Positions 35,307 to 47,675 of a stretch of 64,000 nucleotides of DNA are shown piece by piece. This DNA comes from Zancudomyces culisetae HAW-14-8 (taxonomy: Eukaryota; Fungi; Kickxellomycota). Below the pieces are notes generated by a model. It was not told the DNA's origin, did not search any database, and saw nothing but the letters and a program-made list of their open reading frames with translations. The DNA lies in contig JBNJNM010000010.1 in assembly GCA_052426225.1 (NCBI GenBank), positions 186,001 through 250,000 on the forward strand. The letters run 5' to 3'. Position 1 is the stretch's first letter, and every line of letters starts with the position of its first letter. Both the position numbers and the translations under genes were made by a program.

Positions 35307-35649
35307 GCGGCATTTTGCGTATTTATTTTGGCTAGTATTTTTACCCTGGTCTATATACATTGCATATATAGTCTCATTTTAAGCACAATTGATAAGCAAT
35401 TCTATTAAATTTTATTTTATTTTTCTGGTTGAGAAGGTATATTTAATAACACGATTATGAAATTCTAGTAAGTTTTTGCATATATCATGGTTGTATATGT
35501 GTAGGTAAATTTATAATTAAAAAGAGTACTGCAAAGTTTATATACTAATGCAAACCAAGAAAAAAAGCACGTTAGACAATAGGTGCTGATACATGCTGGT
35601 GTAACAAAAAAAAAAGGAAGGAAGGCTGCTAATTCTTTCGTATTGAGTT

Positions 35650-36681
35650 CTAATGTCCCTTTTGCGATTGAGATTTCTTGTCAAACGTAAACTCACCCTT
35701 AGGCATCTTTGCACGACTATACATAAACAAACCAACAAAGAAGATGGTGACACCAATGGATTGTTGTAGTGTCAGATTCTGCCTAAACCACACAAAGCCT
35801 GCAGTGATAACAAATATTCTTTTGAAAAGCGATGTGATGGAGAATGTTACTGGTGATGTGGAGTTAAGCAGCGTGGTTGCTAAAAAGACTTGTGTTGTGT
35901 GGGTAATCCCATTTAATAAACAAAACAATCCAAATCCGATTTTAGATATATCATTCACTAACAAAGCGCTTTTGGATGAATTGGAGAAAAATTCGTAACC
36001 CTCCAGATAAAACCAAACTGGTGCCATCAAACAAAGCGAGATAATTGATGTAAGGTATAGCAGCCGTAGTTTACTATTAGATTGCTTATTTTTGCTCTCG
36101 AATACATTTTCTTTGGTTTTTTCCAATGCATATTTGTTGATTATAGTTCCAAATGTATAAGTTAATGAAGCTGCAAGTGCCATGAAAAATCCTCGTGAAG
36201 ATAAGCCTTGAGCCTTAAAAGAGGTTAGCCCTACACCTGTTACAAGTGGGATCAAGGAGATGTATATGCTTTTTGAGTATTTTGTTTCAAATAGAATTCT
36301 GCATGTTATAACGGTGAAGAGAGGCGTTACACCCTTTATTGTGTGAACCAAGCTTATTGGTGCATTTGCCACAGCGTATGTTGTTACTACATGACCAACA
36401 ACTTGGTTTACTGACACATAAAAGACTTTTTTGATTTGATTGATATTGATACTGGTATCCAGCCTTTCGGGGAAGATAAGTCCATATATTTTCAACAATG
36501 TAGCTACAAAGAAGAAATGTATATAGGTCAAGGTCACCGGATGTGGGCTTACGTTGAGAATTTCTTTCCCCGAGTTGCTAGCAATTGCCGAGCATAAGTA
36601 CCAGGCCGCACATAATGTTGCAAGGTAAACATTCGATTGGTACTTTTTGAAAATTTCGGTTTTGTTGCTCTGTTTCACCAT
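35650..36681 (-). CDS. Triose-phosphate/nucleotide-sugar transporter family (SLC35E1/Sly41-like)
   Basis: About 9-10 TM segments; LCAAWY, PHPVTLT, SLVHTIKGVTPLFTV, SPVTFSITSLFKRIFVI. Confidence 0.88.
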   Translation of the reverse strand: MVKQSNKTEIFKKYQSNVYLATLCAAWYLCSAIASNSGKEILNVSPHPVTLTYIHFFFVATLLKIYGLIFPERLDTSININQIKKVFYVSVNQVVGHVVTTYAVANAPISLVHTIKGVTPLFTVITCRILFETKYSKSIYISLIPLVTGVGLTSFKAQGLSSRGFFMALAASLTYTFGTIINKYALEKTKENVFESKNKQSNSKLRLLYLTSIISLCLMAPVWFYLEGYEFFSNSSKSALLVNDISKIGFGLFCLLNGITHTTQVFLATTLLNSTSPVTFSITSLFKRIFVITAGFVWFRQNLTLQQSIGVTIFFVGLFMYSRAKMPKGEFTFDKKSQSQKGH

Positions 36682-38605
36682 CGCTTTATTTGTTTGTTCT
36701 GGAATTATATTTCTGGAAATTTTTATGAAAATAGTATATTTTAATGTAGGTATTACTATATAGCTATCTCGCTTTTTATATAGTGTTGAAAAAAGAGTTC
36801 TTGATAGTTAAATAAACCACCCTGCGTTTTTATTTTGCCCTTTTATATCCATTTGGATTTGTAACAAATAGCTTAATTGATGGGGAAAATAGATTTCTAA
36901 AAAAGTTCGTCAATTACAATTAAATTTGGTAATGGTACTGTAAAAAAAGCCAGGGAATGATTTATATTTTGTATATACATACTTTCGGTGAGGGAAAGAA
37001 AGCTAGGGAAGGTAGACCAATAATTGTATGGGAATAGGTAGGGTTTTTTATATAGGTATGATAGGAATATATGATATAATAGACTTTTGTAGTAGGAACA
37101 CATCATTTTATCATCCCAGGACCTTGTAAAGGTGCAAAAAAAAATGGCTGTTGCGTTATTTCAGCAAATGTTATAAAATCATTGCAGGAGAATGATTTCA
37201 TAATATCCTATCTTGGATTCGCCAACCAATTACTTTCCAATTACAAAATACAGGTAAACTTTTTCCAGATAAATTGGTACATGGCTGGGTCTTCTAATTA
37301 CAGATTATAATACTTCAAGAGTTTCATTCACATATTTTCGTTCTGTAAGCTATGATGAACTGCCTTGATCGAATGCCTTAAGAACTCACAAAAAACTGTA
37401 AATACAGATTATATACCCCAGTGTCTTTAAAACCTGGATACAAATATATTATTAAAGGTGTGTAGATACATGATAGTATACGACAATTTGCCAGTTAATT
37501 ACTTCCCACACAGAGAATGGGAAAAATATAATGGACAAACAATACGGCATAGAGGCAAAATAATAAAAACACAGTTCAATTTTTTACAGGATGGCGTAAC
37601 TTTTGGTTTTCTTTTTTGAGTTCACCTACATATAGCCATCCATACTATAGTTATGAGTTATTTGATACATTTCATCACTTCATTATCGGTTTAACACGTT
37701 TACATTTTTGTTTTTGTTTTTGTTTGTTCTAATGAAAACATGTGTAATCTTTTAAAGAAGAGGAGGTCAGTGGAAAGAGTTACAAATGAAAAAAAAGATC
37801 GCATACTCAAAGTGTATATGTGTGAATTTACCTTTGATTTTGCTCTTGGCTCTAGTTCTCATTACTGATAAGCACGCCAATAAGGATAAATACAAGAAAC
37901 ATCTAAAAAAACCCCCGCTAAAAAAAACATATCGTTGAGGTTTGTTATTATATCCATTATATTTTTAACAAAGTGGTGCGTTTTATTCTATTCCCCTAAG
38001 AGGGTTGTATTACCATGTTATATTAGTGCATACTCATGTACTAGTAAAACTGGCAAATCACTCTGCAGCACTAGGTATCCCACTTTTTATCAAGATGCTT
38101 TAGTCTCAACAGCGTTCAGAAAATATGATAATGTTATATTTTGATTTATACTCCAGCTGTTTAACGAATTGGTGTTGGTAAAATCTTGGATAGTGATACT
38201 ACCCCTTTTAGTAAACAAAACAAGTATTTTTTTTCTCTTGATGAATCCCAACATACAACGCCCTTGAGTGATTTTTTTTTTTGATCAAATATAAAATGGA
38301 GTATTGAAGCACGTTTGTATAAGTATTATATAAATGTATTTACTTTTCTTTTATGGATCAGGTTGATTTGGAACATCTAAAAAAAAAAAGTAAACAAGCT
38401 TGGCCAATGAATGCTTGTTTTAGTGTGTGTTTTTTTAAATGAAAATATACAAAAGTAAAAAGCCAGTAAACATTAAACAAACATCATGGGTAGATAAAAC
38501 CAAATCTATTTGCACTTAACTTTGACCCAAAAGTTGGTTCTATATTTTGTATGATATATTATTAGGGGTTAGCGATAGATATAGAAATAGAGAAGAAAAA
38601 AATAT

Positions 38606-41600
38606 ATGATACAGATGGAGTCTAGCGATGAGGAGTTCAATATTGAGGAGGAGATCCAAAAATACCGAAACTTGGTGCTGTCAACATGTGCTTCATTGGG
38701 TGGTTTGGAAAAGAAAAACACCAGAAGCGAGACAGAAGCAGACGAATTTCAATATGTAATGGGAGACGAGTGTGCAGAGTGTTTAAAAGATTTAAAAAGA
38801 TACATTAGAATAGATGAATTAAGTCAAGAAAAGCTTGTGCTCAAGTGGCTGGCAGAATGGAAGGTGCTAGAAAAGGATTTAATACCAATTTTTGTACTGA
38901 ATGCTCAAAAATGGACCGAAATCGAGCAAATCGAAGATACGTTGTGGTATAAAAGCGAAGAGGGGAGAGGAGAGGATTACAGGGTTGTGTGTCTGTGTAG
39001 TAAGTTGGGATTCCTATTTGCAGTGTTTTTATCTTAAATCCTTTAGTTCAATGTGGTACGTTGTTTACCTGTGTAAAAACAGTTTTATGAAACCGAAATT
39101 TGATTTATATAATAAACTAAAATAGTGGATCTGTTTGTATTCATGACATGGTCAATGGATACGCAGGGTTCAGAAGTTCGAGAGGAATTCAATAAACACT
39201 TGTTGGAATACAAAAGAGCATTTTGCAGTAACACTGTAGTATCTCTGTTAATCAGATGCATTGGAAAAGAATTCGAGGCACCAATAGGGTAGATACAGTA
39301 TACTTCGGCACATTTATGTACACTTGCAAGAAAACTAAAACCAAAAAATGAAAAGGAAATATTAAAAAAAAATAGGTATCGTACTGACAAAGATAAGCTA
39401 CTAATATATGGTGGGTTATATATACTAAGGAATCTGCTTGGCGTTCAAGAGCCATTTGCATCTAGCGGGGTTTATGGATTCGGCCACAATCCAACCGGAA
39501 TACAGGTACACACTGATGTTTATGCTATTTCACTTTATTTTATTTATATTTTTTTTCTGCGGAGTGATTATCGTATCGAATATAAGAAAAGGTACTTGTG
39601 TAACGAATCGATGCAATGAATACATATACTAATACTTTGTTCTGCTGCTTTGAATATAAAAAAACTTAAATAAACAACAATTAGGATTGGTTTATCAGTG
39701 TGGTAGAGCAAGAGTGTGGAATCGATATGATAATAGCAATGTCTTCGACAATGGACGATAAAAGCATGAGAATATACGCACCAATAGTTATGGACATTAT
39801 CTATAGTTTGTATCAGCGTGTTTCTGTAGACTCGTTAATCGGTGAGACTCAAGCAAATGATGGTCTAGAAGAATTTCACATGGATGAAAGCCGTAAAAGC
39901 CACGGGAAAATGAGGGTGGGAAGGCATAGTAGATTCGGAGGCGTTTTTGCAGGTTCTATTGAGCCCGGGAAATTGATACCAATTTTCAATGCAACCGAGG
40001 CGATGAAAATATTTGCTCGCCCTTTACGAAAAATGAGGGCGCCTATTAATAAAAGAATCAGTAATAAAGTCGCTCAAGAATTAAAGGTAAGAGAAGTGAT
40101 GATAAAAATATGTGAATTATAACAAAATGGTGGATCGTAATATAAATAGTACAAGCTTGATGAAGAAGAAAGAGAAGTAAGCCTACAAGCTAGAGGGCTA
40201 TTAAGAAACACATCAGTTATGTTTATAAAAAGCGGACTTGGAGGTAAAAATAAAAGCAAAAACATAATTTAATACATTGTATTCCATGTAGCCAACCAGA
40301 TTAATAAAATGAATGTTAACTGTAACTAGTTTTATGCCCCGAACTGTTGGAAAGTATTGAGCTTCAAAGGAATGAACTAGATGACTCAGGAGTGGCCAGG
40401 GTTTTGTATCTTGTGGGGTATTTTTTGGAAATATTTACAAAGGTATATAAAAACCAACAGCGAAAAATCAATCCAGAAAAAGATACGCAGACCACGCAGA
40501 ATGACAATGTGGATATGGAGGATGAAAAAAGGGTTGACTTTCCGTATGTCGCCAAAATAGTAAATACAGGTGGGATAGGTATAACTTTGAGGCAGCTGAG
40601 TTATGCTATGGATTCGCAGAATTGGCCAATAAGCCAGTCAGCGATGTATAGCTTCAGATCGATTTTATCGGTGTTGAAAGAGATGATACGTAGTGGGGAT
40701 ATACGGTATGCAGAAGCCGGAGGGTATATCCTAAACAATTTATTCTATGATGGAAATGTGATGGATTTGATGGCGAGTCTAAGTGGGAGTTTTAAACCCA
40801 CCAGACACACACTTAGGTACGTATTGGAGATGATAAGAACAGTCGAGGAGTTTGTTGTGACTTTGAAATCATACCATACCCTAAAACGAAATATGTATGT
40901 TCGTAAAAAGCTGAATAAAAGCACGGAGAGTGATGGTGATGATGATGATGATGGTGATGGTGACAACGAGGATGTATATGTAGACAGGTCATTCGATTTT
41001 AACAAATGGCAGAGAGTATTTTGCACGAAAAAAACGGTAGCCTCTTATTGCATTCTAATACGAGCATGTGCACTCTTGAAAGGGGCTGACCTTAAAATAA
41101 TTTCGGAAATGATTTATCGAATTGCTGTGGTTTGCGAAAAACCTCATCTCTTTTACACTAAAGACTTATTCAAGTCTTTTTATGAACTTTTAGCCAATTT
41201 TAAAGCCATCCAAAGTATAAAATCTAACGATCCCACGTGGTTTGAGGCCATCAACGCCATACACGACGATGTCGTTTACATCTTCAGAACATACTTCAGA
41301 CTATCTAGTAACTTAAGGGCTCCAAGAGATAATCCCCCACCTAACTATACCCAACATTCAATGACAACAGATAATGAGCAATATTCTGCTGCCTCTGAAA
41401 AACATAATTTGTCAGCGGTTGGATCAATAGATAGCTCTCTTCATTATCATGATTCCACAGCTATGGAAACGGCAACGGAAGCGGCGTCAAATATGACCAG
41501 TACTGTCAAACGACGTAACAAAACATACTCTGAAGACGACCTGTTTTTTGACAAGACTCACAGTGTGAGAGTTCAAGCATATATCTCATCCACCGCAGCT

Positions 41601-42863
41601 GGAAAAAACCCAGACAGGTATCCCGCGCTTAATAAATCAGAGTTGAGCTACGCAGACCTCTCCTCCGACTCAGATAATCGGTTGGGCATTGATACTGATT
41701 CTGACGCAAGTAGTGCTGGTGCTGGTTCAAATGGCGTTGGAGCTGAGGGTAGTAAGTACAACATTTCGGGTTTCAAATCATGGAACAGCAAGGTTACAGA
41801 GAGCGTGAATTCGCTTATTGTAAATAACAAGCGTTTTGTAGTAGAGTGGCTTATAACTCAGTTCCAACGCTTTGTGGAGTTTAAAAAGGCCCGTACCTTA
41901 AACGATTCCAATGCCAGCGATGGAAATGACGACCAGGGGATGGATGATACAGATTATTTACTCCAGCTTGATTCAGGCATTCTAGAACAGTGTACATCTG
42001 ACTCAGACCTTATAAACTTATTCGAGTTGTTTAGAGTAAACAAAAGTCTCACTTTGGCGAACTGTTATGTCATTTCCGGCCTAGAAACGATCCAGGACTT
42101 TAGCGAACACATCGAGCTTTTAGACTCTGTTCTTCACCCAATAACCGCACTACCTGTTTCTGTTGGGAGCAAAAATAAGAGTGACGCCAATAGGAGTTCC
42201 AAGCCTCGCTCTAAAAAACTATCCAAAAAGAGACACAAAAAATCAAGAAAGGATGAAGGTGTCGATGTTGCTGCCATGCAGTCGATTCTTTCGTCTGATC
42301 GATTTGATTCGTCTATATTTACTTCTGCCCCAAATTCCACCTTACAAATCACCAATAATCCCGTTGTTTCATTTAACCTCACTTCCAACGCTAACTCTAA
42401 CTCTAACACCAACTCTAGCACCAACTCAAATGGTAAGGTCACCAGCACTAGGTCTGGTATTGACTCAATCAAAAACACATTTATTGACTCTGACTCCGAT
42501 GTTGACCCTGACGCGATCTTTTCGGGTTCAAACAAAAGAAGCGCACACTCGTCCCGCTCAAAGCTATTGCAGCCATATCTCGACTCTGACTCTTCGCCTC
42601 CTCCATCACCAGCCAACACCTCGGGGCAACAGGGCACCGATGAAACTGATGACATCGGAACTTCTGTAAGTAATAAACCACGGACTAGATCATCGGCAAG
42701 ATCGCGTGATGCTCACACTGACGACAAGGTGAATAGCACCGCCACAGGACAACGTGTAGGCGGTTCTTCTTCAACACAGGATTTCAAACAGCGCGCCCTA
42801 CTTCTTCGAAGAAAACTTATTAAAAAGAAGAGAGTCTTGGTCAGAAAGTCAAAAATAGATTGA
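38606..42863 (+). CDS. TOF1: Timeless/Tof1/Swi1 fork-protection protein; join(38606..38999,39126..39288,39376..39505,39685..40086,40150..40243,40330..42863)
   Basis: CASLGG...YVMGDECAECLKDLKRY, VLEKDLIPI, DLFVFMTW, YILRNLL, RHSRFGG, ILNNLFYD; five phase-consistent GT-TAG introns. Confidence 0.9.
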
Positions 42864-43180
42864 TTTACTCACAAGAGGAAGGTAATTAAAAGATCAATTT
42901 CTGATCCTGCCCCGTGAAACTGTGGTATTAGCACTCGTTCTTGTTGCTTAAACTGAAATTCCAGTTTGTATGAACATTTCCCTTTAGGCTGGCACCTCGA
43001 TAATATATGACACTTATTAGTTATTATACAATGCTTGCGAGTGTTTTGGCAAAGAGTCTGCGCTACAGTATACATTTTGTTTTGTTTTATTACTATATAC
43101 TATTTTTATGGCAGCCGCCAAAGAGAGAGTACTCTAACCCAAACACAACTAAAGAATATTCTATTTTCAATACAGTTTAA

Positions 43181-44305
43181 CTATTCTGAACTTTGCTGTT
43201 GCTTCACAAGCAGGCCTTCTTCAGCGAACTTCAGTTTCTCCAGCTCTACGTCGATTTTCAAAATTTGGTCAAGTACCTCCTTCTGTCTAAGTTCTAAAAT
43301 AGAAATATATTCCTCATGATTAATCGTCCTTAGTGGAAGCCACCCAGGCACCTTTTTTAATTTTTCAAGTATTCTTCCTGCCATGTTGGCGCTCTCGGTG
43401 CCTGAATCACCGTTTATACCCGACCCACCGTTCGTTGTTGAGGCGTACTCAGGGATTAAACCCAACTCCTGCATGATTTTATATTGCCTAACTCTGTACA
43501 ACTTTGTAAATATTGTTTGGCCGAGGTACCCAAAGGCTCCAAAAGCAAGTATTCCTACAGCTACACCTTTTCTTTTCCCTATTCACGAATGTGCCAAGAT
43601 AGAAATTTTTATTAGCATTATTGGGTGTTCAAATAAACATGCAACATGTTACACGTCATATATCACACATCACCCCCTCCCCAGCTTTGCTTTCAATGTG
43701 ATTTTCCTATTGAATGGTGTTATATACAAAAAAGAAAACCCAAAGGTAGGTGAATTACTGACTTGTTATCGCTCCTAGAAGACCACCTGTCACCATTCCA
43801 GCTACAGTACTACTAAATAGCTCGTCAGAATCCTTAGTCATTGAATCCTTAATTTTATAAGCCTTGTTTTTGTCTCGTTGTTCAAATAATAAACTTTCTC
43901 GGGTCGCTATTTAATACAGAAAAAGAAATAATGGTGTTAATTCGATGCGAGTTTAGCCACCCTTGATCAAATCGCACATTCTCAATCTGATCTAGAAAAT
44001 GAATTGTCGTGAAATTTTATGGGTCCATTCTATAAAAAAAAAGTCTACTCACCAAAGTAGACTAGTCCCATTAGCCCCCAACTTCCTGCCATTCCTAACA
44101 CTGGTCTTCTAATCGGCTTGATTCCCTTGAGAATCCCTATAGAGAACCCAGAAACAGCGCCCAGAAAGCCTATCGATTAAGAAGAAAAAAGTTTATTTGT
44201 TGTAAACAATCTATTGCCAGATTTAACATGAATGTGCTTACTCAGTGAGCCCGTTCCGATCAGTAATCTATTCCTACTCTCGGTATTTGTAAATATGTTT
44301 GTCAT
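43181..44305 (-). CDS. Tim17/Tim22-like glycine-rich membrane protein with a C-terminal coiled coil; join(complement 44242..44305, 44053..44169, 43763..43906, 43181..43578)
   Basis: Spliced product MTNIFTNTESRNRLLIGTGSLSFLGAVSGFSMGILKG...GMAGSWGLMGLVYFATRESLL...DELFSSTVAGMVTGGLLGAITRKRKGVAVGILAFGAFGYLGQ...WLPLRTINHEEYISILE. Four GxxxG-rich TM segments; phase-1 introns GTAAGC, GTGAGT, GTCAGT. Confidence 0.75.
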
Positions 44306-47300
44306 TTTCTATAAGGGTTTCGAGACGTCCCGTTAAGGATGTACTTTGGTTTTTAAATTTTTTATTCGTCAAGTTTCTCTTTTGATTTCTTTACAATATT
44401 TCCTTTGTGATTATTATTTTTTTAACGTAATCTACTAACTTTAAAAGTAGTAAATCGTAAAAAAAATAATGGCGGTTTTTAGTTCCATGAATAGCGGAAC
44501 TGGCGATATTTCCATAAATTTAGGCAGTTTTTTCTGTGTGTGTATGTGTTTGTGCTTGGTTATAGACCGATTTCCAATTCGCTACATTTGGGCTTCTGTT
44601 TTCGATTTATGGTTTTCAGCCTCCCTTTCCAGTAACTATCTTCAAGAGATACAAACTCCGTTGCATTTTTGTGCTCAGGAAGTGGAGAGCGTTGCTATAC
44701 ACCAAGCCAAATTTCTTGTAGTACTGTGTACTGGAACATTGATTGCTTTGGGTTTATGTAGAATTCTGGGATTATAGGGCCATCTGCGCGTCCACCAATG
44801 CGATGTGGGCATATTCGCGCGCAAAAAAGCCTAAACCCATTTTTTGTAATAGCATATGCAATGAACTAGTTTTATTGTGCTATCCGCAGGTGATATACGC
44901 GTTACCATTCCGCAACCACCAAACAAGCAAAGACTACTTCAACCAACATTTAAACGCACTATTTGGATCACCGTCTGATTTGATGCCAATATACCCCATG
45001 CATAACCAAGAAGGGCAGTTTAATTAAAATGAATCACCTGACATGATAATTCCTTTAAAGCGAGAAGTAATACCACGTTTGGGTATGGGTATGTGTATGT
45101 GTATATTGCCTTTAAAAAATTTCAGCTATTTTGTTGTGACAATTGCTTCCCATGTAGGTCGTGTCTGTCTATTTTTCCTTTTTAGGAAGGTGGTGATGCA
45201 TCCAATCATTTTTCATTATCATCAAATATTCTATTACCAAATACAAAGTAATGCAAACATATTATCATTTTTTTATCGCAAATCATTTTGCAGAAATCTA
45301 GCACGTGGCTAAGCCAAAGAATTTTTTTTATAATGACATAGTCTTTAACTAAACTATATATCCTGATCAGCCATTGATAGCTGTTTATGAAATGGTAAAC
45401 GTGCTCTCTGTCTCCTCCCCCCTCCGACAAAAATTTTATTTGATCTGGCTGGGTATTATTACATATGATTGCAGCGTATTTTGTTTTATCGCTTAAACCG
45501 TCAGGTACAGGGTATTTTATGGGGAGGAGCGAAAGTAACAGATTTTATTGATTGTCAGTGTACTCTAGTGTGAATTTGAATACAATTTATGGGGGAGTTT
45601 TGAAAAGGGAAAGAGAGGGGCTTTCGCAATGGAATATATTGGAAAACAAAAAAACGTTTAAATACAAATATATCTACGTAATGGCATATGATGAGAAATT
45701 CAATATTTTTTTTTTGTATTCAAGGTCTGCGGCTCATTACTGGTGGTACAACTACAAAATTTCATTTACCAAAAATAAATTATGTGATTGCCATTATCAG
45801 TTTTTTGGGGGGGGGAGCGAAGGACAAGATAGAACGCTGAAAATTATTTGCTGGGAAGTGCAATTCATTTGCTTCCATTTTCTCTTTCCGCTATTATTTT
45901 TATTGTCGATATTTAAACGTAAAATGGGCTGTTTCTTGAGTGATGTGTTCATATGATCCTGTTCTTAGTCAAATGTCATTATTTTATGATCTTTCAATTG
46001 CTTAATTGTGTTTATGACAATATTTTCATCTAATTACAGCTAACTACATCTGCATTTTCTTTGAGTTTTCTTATCTTGTACCACCTTATTTACATAAACA
46101 ACAAACTACAACCTGTAAAAGCACGTCAAACACGCCGATATGTCACAAATTACTTGGATTTTATTATAAATATGCTCGGCTTTTTAAAGGCCATTATTTC
46201 TTTAGAATTTGTACACACAAACATAAGCTCTTGGTGTGCCTACTTTTGCTGAATACTGCACACTTCATAACGCTGGCATTTTGAAATGCTGTCTTGACTT
46301 TTTTTTCAAGTTTGTGTAAAGTAAAAAATTTAAAAGACAAACTCTAGATAAATAAAGCAACTTAAATCTTATCATACACCATTTGATATGGTACTGGTTG
46401 CACTCACAATGTGTTTGCTGTTAATTAACGCAGATTCTACAGCGTTAATTCGCCCTGTTGAGGCAGGTAAATAATACTGCTTCTCATCTGCAACAATTAG
46501 TAATTGGCGGGATGCTCTGAATATAATATCTCCGCCTTTTTATTGGTGAACATTTAATTTAGATCCAACTCAAAAAAGTGAGATCCAGCGTAACATTTAT
46601 GCACGTGCAAACCGGCTAAAAGTGTTAACCAATGGCTGTAACTTTGAGTTTTTTTGATGCTTGTTTATGTAAATACAATGTGAAAGGTTTCCAAATTTCC
46701 AATATGTGGGTTTTATTTTTCTGAAAATCTATTCGCCATTACTATGACTTTTTAGCAAAATATTGCAAGCTTGCTAACATAAAACAGGTAATAAAAATCG
46801 ACCTAATTTGGTATTTTAATTATAACAATATAAACAGTGTGCTATGTAATTAGTTGAAGCTTTAAAACATTGGCATTACAGGGATTAGTTTTGCAGTATT
46901 TCTTTGTTCAGCCTACCACTTTTGTTTGTGGAATAGAGTTTTTTTCTTTTTACAGCACACTGATGTTTATCGCAGCAAATATCATGAAGAGAATATCTTT
47001 TTTTTCCTGCTAATGGAAAATAAAAAAAAACATCGAAAGTGCTAGAGATATCAAAATGAAATCGAAAAAAGATGTTTTTGCCTGTAAGGCATGTAAATAT
47101 AAACTACATCTAGAGCACCTTGTTCTATAAAACCCACTATTATCGTTAAATTCAACCCTTTTAATTCTAAACATAGATTTATTTAAATTGAAAAGTATTT
47201 ACATTTCTTAACATTGTTGTTTTTTCTTGTTGAAATACCAAAAATAAGGAAAATACAATTTGCGGTATATCAATAACACAGTATCAATAGCGCATTCAAG

Positions 47301-47444
47301 CTCTTGAAGTAGCAGTAACATAAGAAAGAAGAAAAAAAAAGAAAAAGGAAAGGTTCTTACCAGGTTAGGACATTATTTACCTAGGTTGTTAAGTGGACAT
47401 CGAGCGGAAATAGGTTGCCAACAAAAAAAAGAAAGGCTGAACAG

Positions 47445-47553
47445 GTGAGATAAAGAATTGGATAGTTGTACTCATCAGCTTTTCTATAGCAACTAACTCG
47501 TACTAATAAAAAACTCCGCTTGGATATTTCACCCCTCTTTTGCGTTTTAATAG
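47445..47553 (+). other. Probable 5'UTR intron of the ENA ATPase gene
   Basis: CAG|GTGAGA donor, AACTAAC/TACTAAT branch-like motifs (47491-47507) and TTTAATAG acceptor, about 120 nt upstream of the ATG. Confidence 0.45.
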
Positions 47554-47675
47554 TAATTTCAAAGTATTATTATACAAAAACTCCGAATACGCAGAAAAAT
47601 TGCTCTTAAAAAAAAACCAGAGCGACAACACCAAGAAAAGAAACGTGAGAAAGAGGAATCATCATCCCATAAGAA

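Noticed and set aside
45206-45430. ORF faintly resembling a non-LTR retrotransposon C-terminal zinc-knuckle region (REHVYHF...KKILWLSH)
   Set aside because: Lacks the required Cys residues and any RT or endonuclease remnants.
46506-46541. GGCGGGAT...ATCTCCGCC hairpin followed by a T run
   Set aside because: Terminator-like shape but eukaryotic context; a single weak hairpin with no Pol III promoter boxes or RNA family match.
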